Of a stretch of DNA of 64,000 nt, positions 11,767-23,621 are shown one piece after another. Source of the stretch: an uncultured Bacteroidales bacterium (GTDB taxonomy: Bacteria; Bacteroidota; Bacteroidia; Bacteroidales; VadinHA17); the NCBI GenBank assembly GCA_963816365.1, contig CAWFKG010000017.1, positions 28,415 to 92,414 on the forward strand, written 5' to 3'. The notes below the pieces were generated by a model that was given only the letters and a program-made list of their open reading frames with translations, made no database searches and was not told where the DNA came from. The translations under genes were made by a program, and so were the position numbers. The first letter of the stretch is position 1, and each line of letters begins with the position of its first letter.

Positions 11767-12760
11767 TGAGCAAAGATTTAAACCTTCTTTTTAATCCTAT
11801 TTCTGACCTGATAAAGTGATAATAATATGAGACATAATAAGTCATTACATTAAAAATCAGATTGATTTTTTTAAAGAACGAAAATTTCCTGTTAATTGAA
11901 ATTAAATGAAGAGCAGTTCTAACAAGACTATTGGTCGATGTGTTATAATTGGAGGTTTTTTGTCCTGTGTACCATCTGAACATCCCTATGTCAGAATTAA
12001 AGCGAACAACTCTTATATCAGCCATCAGTAGGCGGCCCCATAATTCATAATCCATAGAGTAATGGTTTTTTTCATTAAGATAGTCTGAATTTATTATTGC
12101 TTCAAGTGGGTAAAAACATGATTGCTGCATGATAGAGTCAACCTTTCTCCAGTAGTTTTTAATATTCAGTAGATCCGAAATGTTCTTTATCGCTGAAGGT
12201 TTGATCTCATCAATAATTTTGCTGTATTGATCAATTCTTAGCCCCTTTCCGATAAACAAAGCATGAATATCATTTTTAAACTGCTCTGCTAAACTTAAAA
12301 GCGCATTTTTACAAAGCATATCATCGCTGCAAATCCAATTGACCAGATCTCCGGTACATATTTTAATGCCTTTATTTATCGCATTACTCTGGCCGAGGTC
12401 AGGTTCACTTACCCAATAGGTTATCCATGGTTCGAATTTCCTTATTATGTCGATTGTATTATCGGTACTGCCGCCATCTATAATAATATATTCAAGGTTA
12501 GGGTAATTTTGTAAGAGGATAGATCTGATAGTTTCCTCAATAAATTGTCCCTGATTGAAACTCGGGGTAACAATGCTTATTCGTGGCCATGGACTGCCAT
12601 CGGACTGAAAAGGAGGAAGATAGTCGCTTTCTTCTGTCCACGGCCACCCCGTTTTCAACGGTACGGATGTTGGGAGATACTCTAACAAGCTTATCTTTCT
12701 ATAAAATATGTTATACCAATAATCAACTATAATTTGCCGGAATAGTTGCCCAGGATTCAC
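11738..12760 (-). CDS. glycosyltransferase family 2
   Basis: Intact 340-aa ORF with ISIVTPSFNQGQFIEETIRSILLQNYPNLEYIIIDGGSTD and a DxD-like CSDD. Confidence 0.85.
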   Translation of the reverse strand: MNPGQLFRQIIVDYWYNIFYRKISLLEYLPTSVPLKTGWPWTEESDYLPPFQSDGSPWPRISIVTPSFNQGQFIEETIRSILLQNYPNLEYIIIDGGSTDNTIDIIRKFEPWITYWVSEPDLGQSNAINKGIKICTGDLVNWICSDDMLCKNALLSLAEQFKNDIHALFIGKGLRIDQYSKIIDEIKPSAIKNISDLLNIKNYWRKVDSIMQQSCFYPLEAIINSDYLNEKNHYSMDYELWGRLLMADIRVVRFNSDIGMFRWYTGQKTSNYNTSTNSLVRTALHLISINRKFSFFKKINLIFNVMTYYVSYYYHFIRSEIGLKRRFKSLLNVSPDNIYK

Positions 12761-13550
12761 ATATGATATCGACCGGATACATTCTTCTCACCTTATACCC
12801 AAGCCAAAATTCAGGGGCAATAACCTTTAGATCCTCAGTAGTATTTAAAAATGCTCCCCACCAGGAATAAGAGGAATTCGAAATAATTAATCTATTGGCA
12901 TTTACCATTAACAAGAAATCAATAATAAAATGATTTTCTTCAATACTGAATGGAACTCTGAGCTTTAAATTCTGTTTAACATATGGAATATCATCACTTA
13001 TAACAAGGACTTTTGTGTTATCATCTATTTCAAGGTGATCAAGCGCATGCTGATAATATTCAAGTGGTAACTGAAGTCCTTTTCCCCCTAATTCTTCAGT
13101 ACCTATATTCAGATAATCCTTTAAACGTACATGGATAATTACAACTTTATATCTTTTAAACAGATCACCGTATTTCTCAGAAAAAATTCTTTGATATCTT
13201 TTTTTTATTCTAAAAAGTTTTTCCCTATCATCATTCTCCACAAAGAGTTCTGCCTGAAAAAATCCTTTATAAATGACTCCGGTTTTTAATGAATCTAATA
13301 TTATTTCTGGTTCCTGCCAGTTAGTGAATTCAACGATTTTTCTTGGAGTCAGAAAAAATATATGTTTCATGATCTTTCTAAAATACTTTCTTTCGTGAAA
13401 TCTGAGTTTAAAGTATTTTTCAACAAGACAACCATATGATTTATCATCAATTATTGCATAAATTTCATGAAGCATTTTTGAGGATCGTCTGATAAATGAA
13501 ATTTGAAAAAGCTGATTCCCTAACTGGCCTTGTAACTGTATTCCGATCAT
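12723..13550 (-). CDS. alpha-1,2-fucosyltransferase-like glycosyltransferase family 11
   Basis: The internal Met at 13550 gives MIGIQLQGQLGNQLFQ. Also present are HVRLKDY (GT11 motif HVRRGDY) and ISNSSYSWWGAFL. This start removes the overlap with the upstream gene. Confidence 0.8.
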   Translation of the reverse strand: MIGIQLQGQLGNQLFQISFIRRSSKMLHEIYAIIDDKSYGCLVEKYFKLRFHERKYFRKIMKHIFFLTPRKIVEFTNWQEPEIILDSLKTGVIYKGFFQAELFVENDDREKLFRIKKRYQRIFSEKYGDLFKRYKVVIIHVRLKDYLNIGTEELGGKGLQLPLEYYQHALDHLEIDDNTKVLVISDDIPYVKQNLKLRVPFSIEENHFIIDFLLMVNANRLIISNSSYSWWGAFLNTTEDLKVIAPEFWLGYKVRRMYPVDIICESWATIPANYS

Positions 13551-13570
13551 AGAATATTCTAGATAAAACT

Positions 13571-14602
13571 TCAGACGTGTCCCGCTGATTTTTGTTTTTT
13601 CCTCTTCATTACCAAAAAGCTGACACCGAATACAAGAGTAAGAGTTGCTATAAATAGAGATGATACCGCAAAGACTCCTATCCTGGTTGGTTTGCAAAAA
13701 AGTTCCACAAGGTAAGACGGTTCTTTATATCTCATCCATTTTTGTTTATAATCTTTAAAAATGTGATCGTGTGTTTCATTGTATAAAAAATCAAGTAATT
13801 CGATATGAAAGTTATGATACCAGGGTTTTGAGGGTTTTCCCAGAATATCATAGTTTGAATGACCATTGTTGTCATAGAAATGAAGGTTGTGTTTAACAGA
13901 ACTTACCCCTTTTCTGAAAAGAAACTGAGCATCCGGATCGTTTGTCATTTTTTGGAAATCATTTAGCGCCTGTAACACAACTATCATTCCGTTTAACACC
14001 CTTGATTGGGGAACATTGTCATCCGCATATTCCTCATACCAGTACCCGGTACTGTCTTTATAAGTCACACCACCATCTTTAACTTCAGTATACAAGACAT
14101 TCATTGATTTTTTTGCATATTCAAGATATATGGTATCATCTGTTTTTTCAAATGCTTGTAAGAATGCTTGCATAGCTCTGCCCTGATTCATTGCTGAACG
14201 CCATGGAGAGGTCATATTATAAACCGGCCAGTTATAGTAATCCAGAAATATAATTGAACTATCATTAAGTACAATGTTATTCTTTATCAACCAGCTTATG
14301 CAGTTAAAAAATTTCCTGTCATCAGTTGAATCTTTTTGGCCAGACAATTTTATTGCCTGTTCAGCCACAGTTACAGAATTATATTGCCTGCCAAGGCTCC
14401 CCTCATAAACTACCAGCGGTACACCAGTAGAATCATTTTGAAGATACTGAGACTTTTTCCCCGAAAGTTTCTGGTATATCCTGGTTTCAAAGCGTTCAAT
14501 GGAGCCTCCTACCTTATTAACAATAAAATAAGTCAGGAGAACTGAGCTTGCGATAAGTAATGAAATTCGATAAAATGCTTGCTTTTTGTTCATATATCTC
14601 AA
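13571..14602 (-). CDS. D-glucuronyl C5-epimerase C-terminal-domain-like protein with N- and C-terminal membrane anchors
   Basis: Intact 343-aa ORF. PWRSAMNQGRAMQAF, WYEEY, RVLNGMIVVLQAL, FYDNNGHSNYD and WYHNFHIELLDFL line up with the conserved blocks of the animal heparan sulfate C5-epimerase C-terminal domain (recalled as WYSAMAQGQAIS, WYEEY, VLNGFMYSL). Confidence 0.7.
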   Translation of the reverse strand: MRYMNKKQAFYRISLLIASSVLLTYFIVNKVGGSIERFETRIYQKLSGKKSQYLQNDSTGVPLVVYEGSLGRQYNSVTVAEQAIKLSGQKDSTDDRKFFNCISWLIKNNIVLNDSSIIFLDYYNWPVYNMTSPWRSAMNQGRAMQAFLQAFEKTDDTIYLEYAKKSMNVLYTEVKDGGVTYKDSTGYWYEEYADDNVPQSRVLNGMIVVLQALNDFQKMTNDPDAQFLFRKGVSSVKHNLHFYDNNGHSNYDILGKPSKPWYHNFHIELLDFLYNETHDHIFKDYKQKWMRYKEPSYLVELFCKPTRIGVFAVSSLFIATLTLVFGVSFLVMKRKKQKSAGHV

Positions 14603-14626
14603 CTCAATGAGCTGATTGTCTGAAAA

Positions 14627-15514
14627 TTATTGGATGAACTGTGAAATCTGTTCGATTTTTTCTTCCGGAATTAATATATAATCGCTTTCTGAAAGGTTTC
14701 CGTCAACAATAAATGAATCTAATCTGGTCAATTTCCAGAGGTGATTCGCTTTGTCCTTATTTATTCTGAAAATACTATAATTCAGATCTTTGAAAATTGC
14801 TTCTATTTGAATCTGTCTGTTTACCCTGTTAACATTGCTCTTAGTATATGCAGGCAGAATTTCAATTATCATTACAGGTCTCTCAGTTGAAATTATTCGT
14901 TTTGCACCAGAAATAACTTCCAGCTCAGCACCCTCAACATCAATCTTGATAATTCCGATCTCTTTTTCATAAAAAAGCTCCAGGTCATCCAGTCTTGAAG
15001 AAATCACATACTCACGTTTTACAACTTTGTCACCGGGACGATAATCAGATATAATCGATGCTGTAACATCAACATCATTATCATAGTAAAACTGTAATGT
15101 TGTTACACCGGTTTTATCACTCACACCAAATGGCATCAGGTTAATTCCAGGAAGATTATTGACCTTTATTAATTCTTTCAGATAGGCAATACATGATGGG
15201 TTCACTTCAAAACCAAAATACTCTCTTCCGCTCTCGATGCTCTTTAATTTCAGAAGTGTTTGACCGGTATTGGCACCGGCGTCAATAAAAATGCCTTTGT
15301 TAGCCGGCAGTAATACTTCAAGTAATTCTGTCATCCATGGCTCATTTTCAAAAATGTTGCTCCATCCGGTATTTTTTAATACAGGTATTTTGTATGTAGT
15401 ATTGCCAAATCTATGTCTCAGAGTGAAGTTAAACGCAGCAAGGCAGTTCCCTTGCAAAATTTTTAGTTTACGTAAAGATTTGGCTATTAATAATGATCTT
15501 TGCATGAGCAACAA
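14627..15514 (-). CDS. FkbM-family methyltransferase
   Basis: Intact 295-aa ORF with FIDAGANTGQT, PFGVSDKTG and IKIDVEGAELEVISGAKR. Confidence 0.8.
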   Translation of the reverse strand: MLLMQRSLLIAKSLRKLKILQGNCLAAFNFTLRHRFGNTTYKIPVLKNTGWSNIFENEPWMTELLEVLLPANKGIFIDAGANTGQTLLKLKSIESGREYFGFEVNPSCIAYLKELIKVNNLPGINLMPFGVSDKTGVTTLQFYYDNDVDVTASIISDYRPGDKVVKREYVISSRLDDLELFYEKEIGIIKIDVEGAELEVISGAKRIISTERPVMIIEILPAYTKSNVNRVNRQIQIEAIFKDLNYSIFRINKDKANHLWKLTRLDSFIVDGNLSESDYILIPEEKIEQISQFIQ

Positions 15515-16766
15515 TTACAATAAATTCTGATACAACTCAATATATTTATCAGCCTGATGGTTTATTGTGAATCCGGTCAGTACTTTATCGCGGCAATTAT
15601 CCGCCATCTTTTTATAATTTTTTTCATCTAACTTAAGTATCTGGTCTATAGCATATGAAAGACCGTGAATGTTGCCCGTATCTGCTAAATAACCTGTTAC
15701 CCCGTTTATGACCATATCAGGAATGCCTCCGGTATCAAAGCCTGCAACTGGTATTCCGCAAGACATTGCTTCCAGCGCGGTTTGCCCGAATGCTTCCTGA
15801 AGGGATGGTATGACAAAAACATCTGCACTGCTATAGATCAATGAGAGTAAATGATTACTACCAACATTCCCCAGATGTAAATTGGCTAAATCAATATTGG
15901 TTGGTAAAGTTCCTGATCCAAAGCTGAGTAAAAATAAGTTTGAATAAATTCTTCGAAGTTGAATTAATGCTGCCAAAAGTTCATGAAACCCTTTTCTTGG
16001 ATTATTAATTCCCGGTGCGCCAAATACAATTATCCGGCTATCGACAGGAATATTTAATGCCCGCCGGCAGGCAATTTTATCAAGAGGGGTGAATTCATCA
16101 GTTTCAATGCCATAATGAACAGTGCCAATATTCAGATCTTTAAGTAAACGGCTTCGTTTTGCTTCACCAGCCAGCCAATGGCTGTCAGCTCTTATTATTA
16201 TTCTTTTTTTAAATTGAGTGATAGCTCTGAATTTTCGTTCCCAGCTGAAATAGGAAAGATCTTTATCTGAGGTTGACCCCAATTGCGGACATTGTCTGCA
16301 GCGTGTTTTGAATTTTTCACAACCGCTGTTATAATGACAACCTCCTGTAAAAGGGAACATATCATGAAGTGTCCAGACTACAGGTTTATTCACTGTTTTA
16401 AAGAACGCCGGCAAATCAACGAAACCAGATGTCCAGTGTAAATGATAAATATCTGCATCGGGCAATTGACGACTGAATCCTGCTTTCAGAGCGCTTCGGT
16501 CGTCGCTGAAGAGTTCCTGATTTGTCTGGCGGGAATTGAGAATATTTAGCAAAATCAGAACTTATAAGGTTCTTACGGCTCCTGTATAGGAATTTTTCAA
16601 ACGACACGGGATATTTATAACTGATAACCGTCTCATCATCAGAGTATTTTGTACGAACGAACATATTAGAAGCAACAGATTTCTGAATCAGACCTTTGTG
16701 AAGTCTGTACGCAGCTCTTGAGGCACCGCCTGAATTGTCAAGAGTGCTGAGATGCAGAATGTGCAT
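15515..16766 (-). CDS. glycosyltransferase family 4, one frameshift at ~16420-16550
   Basis: ORFs 16416..16766 (MHILHLSTLDNSGGASRAAYRLHKGL) and 15515..16552 (IPSLQEAFGQTALEAMSCGIPVAGFDTGGIPDMV). Confidence 0.7.
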
Positions 16767-17791
16767 TACGTAATTTTTTAATTTTTCTCAAAAGAGACTT
16801 CTTATATCGTGTAAAAACATCTTCAAACGGATTTAGAATAATATAAAAGGACTTTTTCAAATTGTAAACTGGATTGTGAAGAAGTTTTTCGATATCATTT
16901 GTTTGTCTTTGCTTGACCGGTAATATTCCCTGATCAATGTCTCTGACCATAGATAAGATCTGTCCGGGATGTTTCCCTTTAAACCTTTTCAGCCATGATA
17001 CATCCCAATAAACACTGAATACACTGAACGGATCCTCGAGATTCATAAAAACTTCGTTGGCCCACCATTCAGCTTTTTTACGCTGTGACCATTCTGCATT
17101 TTTGTAATAGTCAGCCTTTTCGGCAACCTGTTTTGGAAAAACAAAAGAATAATGGTACAGGTAAATGCCCAGTTTTTGTGTCTGTTTTGCTCTTAACCAT
17201 TTTATTTTTCTTGTATCCAGTACCCTGAGCATCAACAACTGTTGGCGGACGATGTGAGGTATATTCAAAACCGGGACCCCATTTAAATAATCTGTGAAAT
17301 TCTTCAGCTCCCCGCTTTAGTAACCAGCTGTCAACGAGATAATCAAATCCTCCCCAAAACTGTAGTTGTTTGAAGGATATTGAGGTAATTTCAGGATCAT
17401 ATTCCAGGATTTGTTTGATTGATTCAATATCTTCATCCTTGTAAAATTCATCAATATCCACCTGCCAGAGATAATTTCCTGTTGCTCTTTTTGCATATGC
17501 CCGGCTTTGCTCATGTTTCTCTCCGGGCCAGAAGCCATTTGGATGACCTTCATCCTCGGCAGTTATAATAGTTATTTTATTTTCAGGATCGTTATGCCTT
17601 TTAATCTCTCTGAGTATTTCAAGAGTTCCATCCTTTGAATGACCATAAGGGTCTGCAACTGCACGGGCCCCTTCACATGCACCCTCGGATATAAGTATTT
17701 CGTGAGCATGAGGATATAGTGCATTGATGCAATAACGGGTAAATGGCTCACCATTAAGAACAATTATGCCGAAGCTTATTTTTGAAGACAT
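16738..17791 (-). CDS. GT-A fold (family 2-like) glycosyltransferase, one frameshift at ~17110-17270
   Basis: ORFs 17111..17791 (SFGIIVLNGEPF..QVDIDEFY) and 16738..17268. The assignment is weak. Confidence 0.45.
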
Positions 17792-18986
17792 GTTAAATAA
17801 ATCTTCTCAAGCCTTTTATTCAGCATATCAATATCATAGTTCTTTGCAATATGAGCTCGTCCTTTGTTACCTAATTTATTTCGCAATTCAGGATTTGAAA
17901 TCAGAGTTTTTAAATAGGTTGCCATAAGTTCTGTGTCTTTACTTTCGACCAGGAATCCGTTTTCTTCATGATGTACAAGCTCGGAAACGGCAGCTACATC
18001 TGGTAGCGATAACCGGCAATCCTGAAGCCAGGGCTTCCATGATAACAACAGGTGTCATTTCATCCAGGCTAGGGAGTAAAAAAATATCGGCATTCTTGTA
18101 TTCAATTAGGAGCTCATCCTTATTTTTAGGACCTGTAAATACGACATCTTTCTGAATATTAAGATCTGAAGCTATTTTCATAAGATTTTCCAGTTCCGGG
18201 CCATAGCCTACAATTCTGTAAGTAAATCCGAAAATCAGGAAGCTCTTTTTTAATTATATGAAAAGCCTCCAATCCATATTGATGACCCTTAATTGAATGC
18301 GAGTCTGCCTACGCTTAATATAACAATTTCATTTGTGCTTTTTGCCGTCTGGCTATTGTTTTGTACTTCTTTGTATCAACACCTACTGGATGAATGATTA
18401 TCTTTTCTTCCGGAACTCCAAACCTGTTTAAATTTTATAAGAATAATTGCTGATAGCCAAAATTTTATCAGCATATTTAAAGCTTTCGGAGTAGATACTT
18501 CCATTTGATTCAATCAGGTTTACGAAGATCATATCTATGCATCATCAGAACAATAGGTGCTTTGATCCCCAATTTCTTTAAGAAGGATAGCCCTGTCCAG
18601 TAATCAGTATAATGAACCTGGATGATATCAATATTTTTATTCAGGAAAGGAAGTACCTGGTAAAAGATCCTTAAAGAGAGAGCTTGTTTTCCGAATTTAA
18701 ATATGTTCAGGCTTTTGAATACCTGTTTATTATTGTCGCTAAAAAGTTTAAAAATAATTGGAATTGATTTAAAATACCGGTTAAGGATATTCTTATGAAA
18801 GGGTATTGGATATATTGCATAAGAATTCAGATCATAGCTCGAAATTTCACGATGAAAGATGCCTTTTTTTTCATATTTTGGGAAAATTAAAACCTCATGT
18901 CCCTGGTCAATCAGGCCTGTAATCTGATTCAGGATAAATGTTTCAGGAAGGCTTGGGAATGCTCCAATGATAAACGCAATTTTCAA
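17776..18986 (-). CDS. glycosyltransferase family 4, several frameshifts
   Basis: The N-terminal ORF 18510..18986 reads MKIAFIIGAFPSLPETF. The C-terminal pieces 17966..18181 and 17776..18048 read LPSLDEMTPVVIMEALASGLPVIAT..ENGFLVE. Confidence 0.6.
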
Positions 18987-19087
18987 GATTTATTTTTTTA
19001 AAATCCCTTGAAATGAATTTAATTAAGTTAGTTAATCCCAAAGCTCATTAAACAGCTTTAGTCTTTTTATAATAAGGATAATTATCT

Positions 19088-19920
19088 TTAACTCACCCAT
19101 CTCAATTCTTTGGGATACAAATCGGTAGATACTCCTTCTTTTATTGAATTTGCAACAAGTTTTAAATGATATTGAATCAGGGCGTTATTAGTTTCTTCAT
19201 TATAATTTCCTATCATATATAGATAGTGGTTCAACATGTATGAAAGTTGTCGTTTTTTTATCTGCTGAGGACCACAAACCTCCTTCATGTACACGCGTGG
19301 TTCCCATTACTTCAGGAAAATATTTAATCTTCCCAAGTTGAGCATACATTACAAATAATGGGAAATCATTCAATAATAATATTTTGATAAGAAATCAGGA
19401 TAATCTAATTGATAATTTCTAAGAACAACCGATAGTGTTGGGATAGAAATTTCTCCTGTAGCCAATTCTTTTACAGTATAAAAATCTTTAACATTCGTCA
19501 GATAGCTATCGTTGACGCCGATCACCAGAAACTGATACATTATGACAAGATATTGAGTAATCCGGATTAGCCTCTAAAAAATCTACCTGTCTTTGCAATT
19601 TATTGGAATCGGTCCAATAATCATCCCCCTCAAGAATTGCGAATATATTTTGCTCCACTGTTAATACAAGCTTGATACACTTGCCTTGCATTTAATGCTC
19701 CTCCCAAATTGGATTTATTTAATGTCAATTCAATGTTTTCAGGATATCTTGTTTTATAACTGAAACATATTTCCCGTGTTTTATCTGTTGAGAAATCATC
19801 TCCAATAAATAGCTTGATAGGAAAAGTTGTCTTTTGTGTTAAAACACTTTCAATTGCCTCTGATATGAATTTTTCATGATTATACGTAATCATTAAAATA
19901 CTCACAAATGGGATACTCAT
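19088..19920 (-). CDS. glycosyltransferase family 2, several frameshifts
   Basis: ORF 19630..19920 (VSILMITYNHEKFISEAIESVLTQ..GDDFSTD), ORF 19506..19691 (LEGDDYW) and ORF 19088..19294. Confidence 0.6.
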
Positions 19921-19967
19921 TTTATTTTTTTAGGATTATGTCAAACCTATAATGGGAATTTATCATA

Positions 19968-20611
19968 TTAGCAGGCTGGATCCAATACTTTGCATTCTTT
20001 AAAACCAATAAAGTTACCCAACTTTAGAAGAAATTCTTTTGTGTACCAAAAACCGATAATAGGCTTGCTATCTTTAATTGAATTGAAATATGCATTTTCA
20101 CGTTCTTCATTATTAAAATAATTCCATAGCCTGTCAGCATCAGGTATGTCTCCAATAAATAATAATCCCTCATATTCTAGCCAATTAAATATTTTTTCGA
20201 AAAGTCTAATTGTATCTTTTTCGTCAAAATGTTGAAGTGCAAAGTAGATTATAACTTTACTAAAGGATCTGTTTTTAAAGATTATTTTTCGGACATCATT
20301 TGTTATGGTGGTGACATTTTGACGTCCAAAACTGTTGATTCGATTAATAAGGGTTTTCGAGATATCAACCGCGGTTATATGTTTGCACTTTTCAGAATAA
20401 GGTATTGAAATTAAACCATTCCCAGCACAAAGATCGAGAAGGCGATCTTGGATGTTGAGATTAATATGTTTTTCAATATATTGAAGTGTAAATATCCAAT
20501 TATCCTCATTAATTGGTTTTTTGTTAATGCTTCGCCCAATCTGAAGTTGAGGATCAGAATTCTTATAATTTGAATTCCATTCCAAAATTTCACCCAGTAA
20601 TCTTTTCCCAT
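19968..20611 (-). CDS. class I SAM-dependent methyltransferase, probable frameshift near 20580
   Basis: ORF 19968..20585 carries LLDLCAGNGLISIPY..ITAVDIS. The overlapping ORF 20411..20611 (MGKDYWVKFWN) probably supplies the true start. Confidence 0.65.
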
Positions 20612-20698
20612 TTTAGTAAGATTAAATTACTACATATTTATCCTTCCAGGCTAGCCTATGAGAGTAGTACAAAAACAACAATTTCTGTAAAACGAAAT

Positions 20699-21541
20699 TT
20701 ACTTTTCTGTCTTTTCAAATAAGTAACCAACATATTCAACATCTTTTTTAAGCCCATTCGGATAAACAATTTCTCCAACTATTTGATAGTCGTGAAAGCA
20801 ACTAAGAAAATGGTTTTTATTAAATATCATCACTGGGATAGTAGCTTGGAATATATAAGGAGGTACTTTTTGAATACAAATAGTGTCATTAGTCAAATCA
20901 TCTTTAAAAACTGGATGAAGATCAAATAAGAGATAGTCAAACTTATATTGCAAAATGTGATTCAATAATTGATATGGATCTTCAATATATTGAAGTGTTC
21001 CAGACAGCATAACTATATTCACATCATTTTCACGGAGGGCTTCTTCGACAGAATAATAAAAAGAAAGTGAAGGATTTGAAAAGCTTTTTTTTCCCTCATC
21101 TACAATTTTTTCTTGTTCAATAATATTCCATTTAAATTTATTCAATCCATTTAAATATTTTCTATATTGATAAAATGAAGTACCGAGAGATCCACCCAAG
21201 TCAATAATATTCAATTCATTATTCTTTTTTATTGCAGCGTAGAGCAACCATGTCAATACATGCCATGAATATTTTATTTTATCATATTTATAATATAAAA
21301 CTGTGTCCCTCTCAAAAGCAGCTAAACCATCTCTGACTTTTGCCAATGAACCAATCGTTTTTGTTATTATGTTATCTTGATTATATCCACCAGATGCTTT
21401 TTGTGCTTCTGCCCAAGATTTATAAACACCCTTGTACCCATATTTTGATGGAAATCCATTAGTTAGAAACTTCGGCAATATTAATGTAACAATTTTTCTT
21501 AACATTATGGTTAAATCTTTTATTTGAAATATACAATTCAA
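20699..21541 (-). CDS. putative methyltransferase of the TIGR04325 (LIC12133-like) type
   Basis: Intact ORF with GYKGVYKSWAEAQKASGGYNQDNI..AAFERDTVLY..IIDLGGSLGTSFY. The true start may be the internal MLRKIV. Confidence 0.55.
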   Translation of the reverse strand: MNCIFQIKDLTIMLRKIVTLILPKFLTNGFPSKYGYKGVYKSWAEAQKASGGYNQDNIITKTIGSLAKVRDGLAAFERDTVLYYKYDKIKYSWHVLTWLLYAAIKKNNELNIIDLGGSLGTSFYQYRKYLNGLNKFKWNIIEQEKIVDEGKKSFSNPSLSFYYSVEEALRENDVNIVMLSGTLQYIEDPYQLLNHILQYKFDYLLFDLHPVFKDDLTNDTICIQKVPPYIFQATIPVMIFNKNHFLSCFHDYQIVGEIVYPNGLKKDVEYVGYLFEKTEK

Positions 21542-21731
21542 GAAGATTTTCTATAAAAACCTGCTGATTAAAATTTTAAAACATACCCTAGGTCACTTTT
21601 ATAACCTAAATTATTCTCTAAATTTATATTTATTAATTATAATGGTATTATTCTTAATTAGTTCCCATCAAATTAATTGAATAAGATTAATCGTCACTAA
21701 TATATTTTTGAAAGGAACGGTATGAAATACA

Positions 21732-22499
21732 TTAAACTAATGAATATTTATTTAAATAGCTGATCGATCCCTCCTTACCGCAATTCATTATTAAGTCTAT
21801 TATTGACAATCCAGGAATAAAAGTTTTAGAGAGTTGATTATATATCAGGTCAGAATTTGTGTTTACAAAATATAGAGAGATCCCGTTTTTTTTAAATTCT
21901 TGCTTACTGTACAAAGATCGACCACCTATTGAATTAATAAAAGTATCTGCATTTTCATTTTTGCAGATGCTCAACACTCTTAAGGTTTTCCGTTCCAAAT
22001 TTGTTATAGATATTCCAGGAAAATCATTTTTATCGAGGACATCTCTTTCAAGTTTACTTTCCAAGTCTACATATTTCTCTGAACCGATTTCAATTGCCGT
22101 AGTTACACGTAAATACTTACATACCTGAGTTATACTAAGATAATTTAATTCTGTTAATTTTGAAGTCGGATAATTTACGACGAATTCGATTAAAGGATAT
22201 ACTTCATCGAAATACTTAGCCTTTTTATAATTTAGGAATATACTATGTAGAATCTTTTTCCTCCAGTTATTACTTTCTATCAATTCTATTTCGTAGATTT
22301 TTTTATATGAACTCTTCTTTTTAAGGGTACGATAAAATAACAAGGATTGCCATTTTTTAAGAAGGTATCCGTTTCTATTCATCCATGCTTCCTTAATGAA
22401 ATTCAAATTATCGTATATAATATATTTATCTACCCCAATAATAGCCTGAAAATATCCAATATAAGGAAAGAAGTAGGGTTGCATTATGGCAATTTTCAT
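21732..22499 (-). CDS. WbqC-family protein
   Basis: MKIAIMQPYFFPYIGYFQ is the hallmark WbqC N-terminus. The protein is about 255 aa. Confidence 0.7.
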   Translation of the reverse strand: MKIAIMQPYFFPYIGYFQAIIGVDKYIIYDNLNFIKEAWMNRNGYLLKKWQSLLFYRTLKKKSSYKKIYEIELIESNNWRKKILHSIFLNYKKAKYFDEVYPLIEFVVNYPTSKLTELNYLSITQVCKYLRVTTAIEIGSEKYVDLESKLERDVLDKNDFPGISITNLERKTLRVLSICKNENADTFINSIGGRSLYSKQEFKKNGISLYFVNTNSDLIYNQLSKTFIPGLSIIDLIMNCGKEGSISYLNKYSLV

Positions 22500-23621
22500 T
22501 GCTTTCACAGATTTAATTATGCAGTCAGCAATATATTCAACATTCTCAGATCCCAGGTCAGGATATATTGGCAGACAAAGAATTTGTCCGGAAACAGAAC
22601 CTGCATTGATTAGATTTGATGAAGCGGAAGAAGGAAGAGCCTTATATGTCGGGAAGTCACTTATGAGAGGATAAAAATATCGTCGGGTAAATATATTATT
22701 CTTCTTAAGTCGTTCATAAATTCATCCCGAGAACAACCAAACTCTTTTGTCATTAACCAGTATCGGGATAATATGCATAGTTATACTGCAATCCGGAATT
22801 TACTATGCAGTAATGTAATTCCCATTTATGCCAGCCAAAAGATTATTATACTGTTCTGATAGTTTCTTTCTTTTGTTTATCGCATCATCAACATGATTTA
22901 AGCTGAAGTAATCCAAATGCTGCCTGAATTTCGTTCATCTTGCCATTTATCCCCGGGGTGACAACTGTTGTTTCACCTGTAAATCCAAAATTTTTTAGTT
23001 GGTCGATATGCATTTTTGTTTTTTTATCATGGCAGACTATTGCTCCTCCTTCGAATGTATTAAATACTTTGGTGGCATGAAAACTAAGAATAGATAAATC
23101 ACCAAAATTTACTATGGATTGTCCCGTTCAATTTTGCACCAAAAGTATGACAGGCATCATAAATAACTTTAAGTCCATAGGTTTTAGCAATTTTTTCTAT
23201 CTGCTGAACTTTACATGGATTACCATAAACATGTACTGGAAGGATTGCAGTAGTTTTTGGAGTAATTGCAGCTTCAATCTTATCAGGATCAAGATTAAAT
23301 GTTTCAGGTTCAATATCAACAAATACAGGTTTTATGCCATTCCACCATAAGAGCATGAGTTGTGGCAACAAAACTAAATGGAGTTGTAATAACCTCACCT
23401 GTGATCTGTAATGCTTGTAATGCAGTTATTAGTGCAAGTGTACCATTTGAGAACAGAGAAATGTATTTTACTCCCAGATATGAGGCAAGAGCTTCTTCAA
23501 GTTCTTGGTGAAAAGGGCCTCCATTTGTAAGGATATGACTTGCCCATATTTTTTCAAGGTAAGGCTGAAATTCCTCCAGAGGTGGAAGAAAGGGTTGAGT
23601 GACGTAAATTGGTTTGGTCAT
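22500..23621 (-). CDS. DegT/DnrJ/EryC1/StrS-type sugar aminotransferase, several frameshifts
   Basis: It starts MTKPIYVTQPFLPPLEEFQPYLEKIW inside ORF 23316..23858. It continues VFVDIEPETFNLD..AILPVHVYGNPC (ORF 23099..23398), then LSFHATKVFNTFEGGAI, then LPIYPDLGSENVEYIADCII in other frames. Confidence 0.7.
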
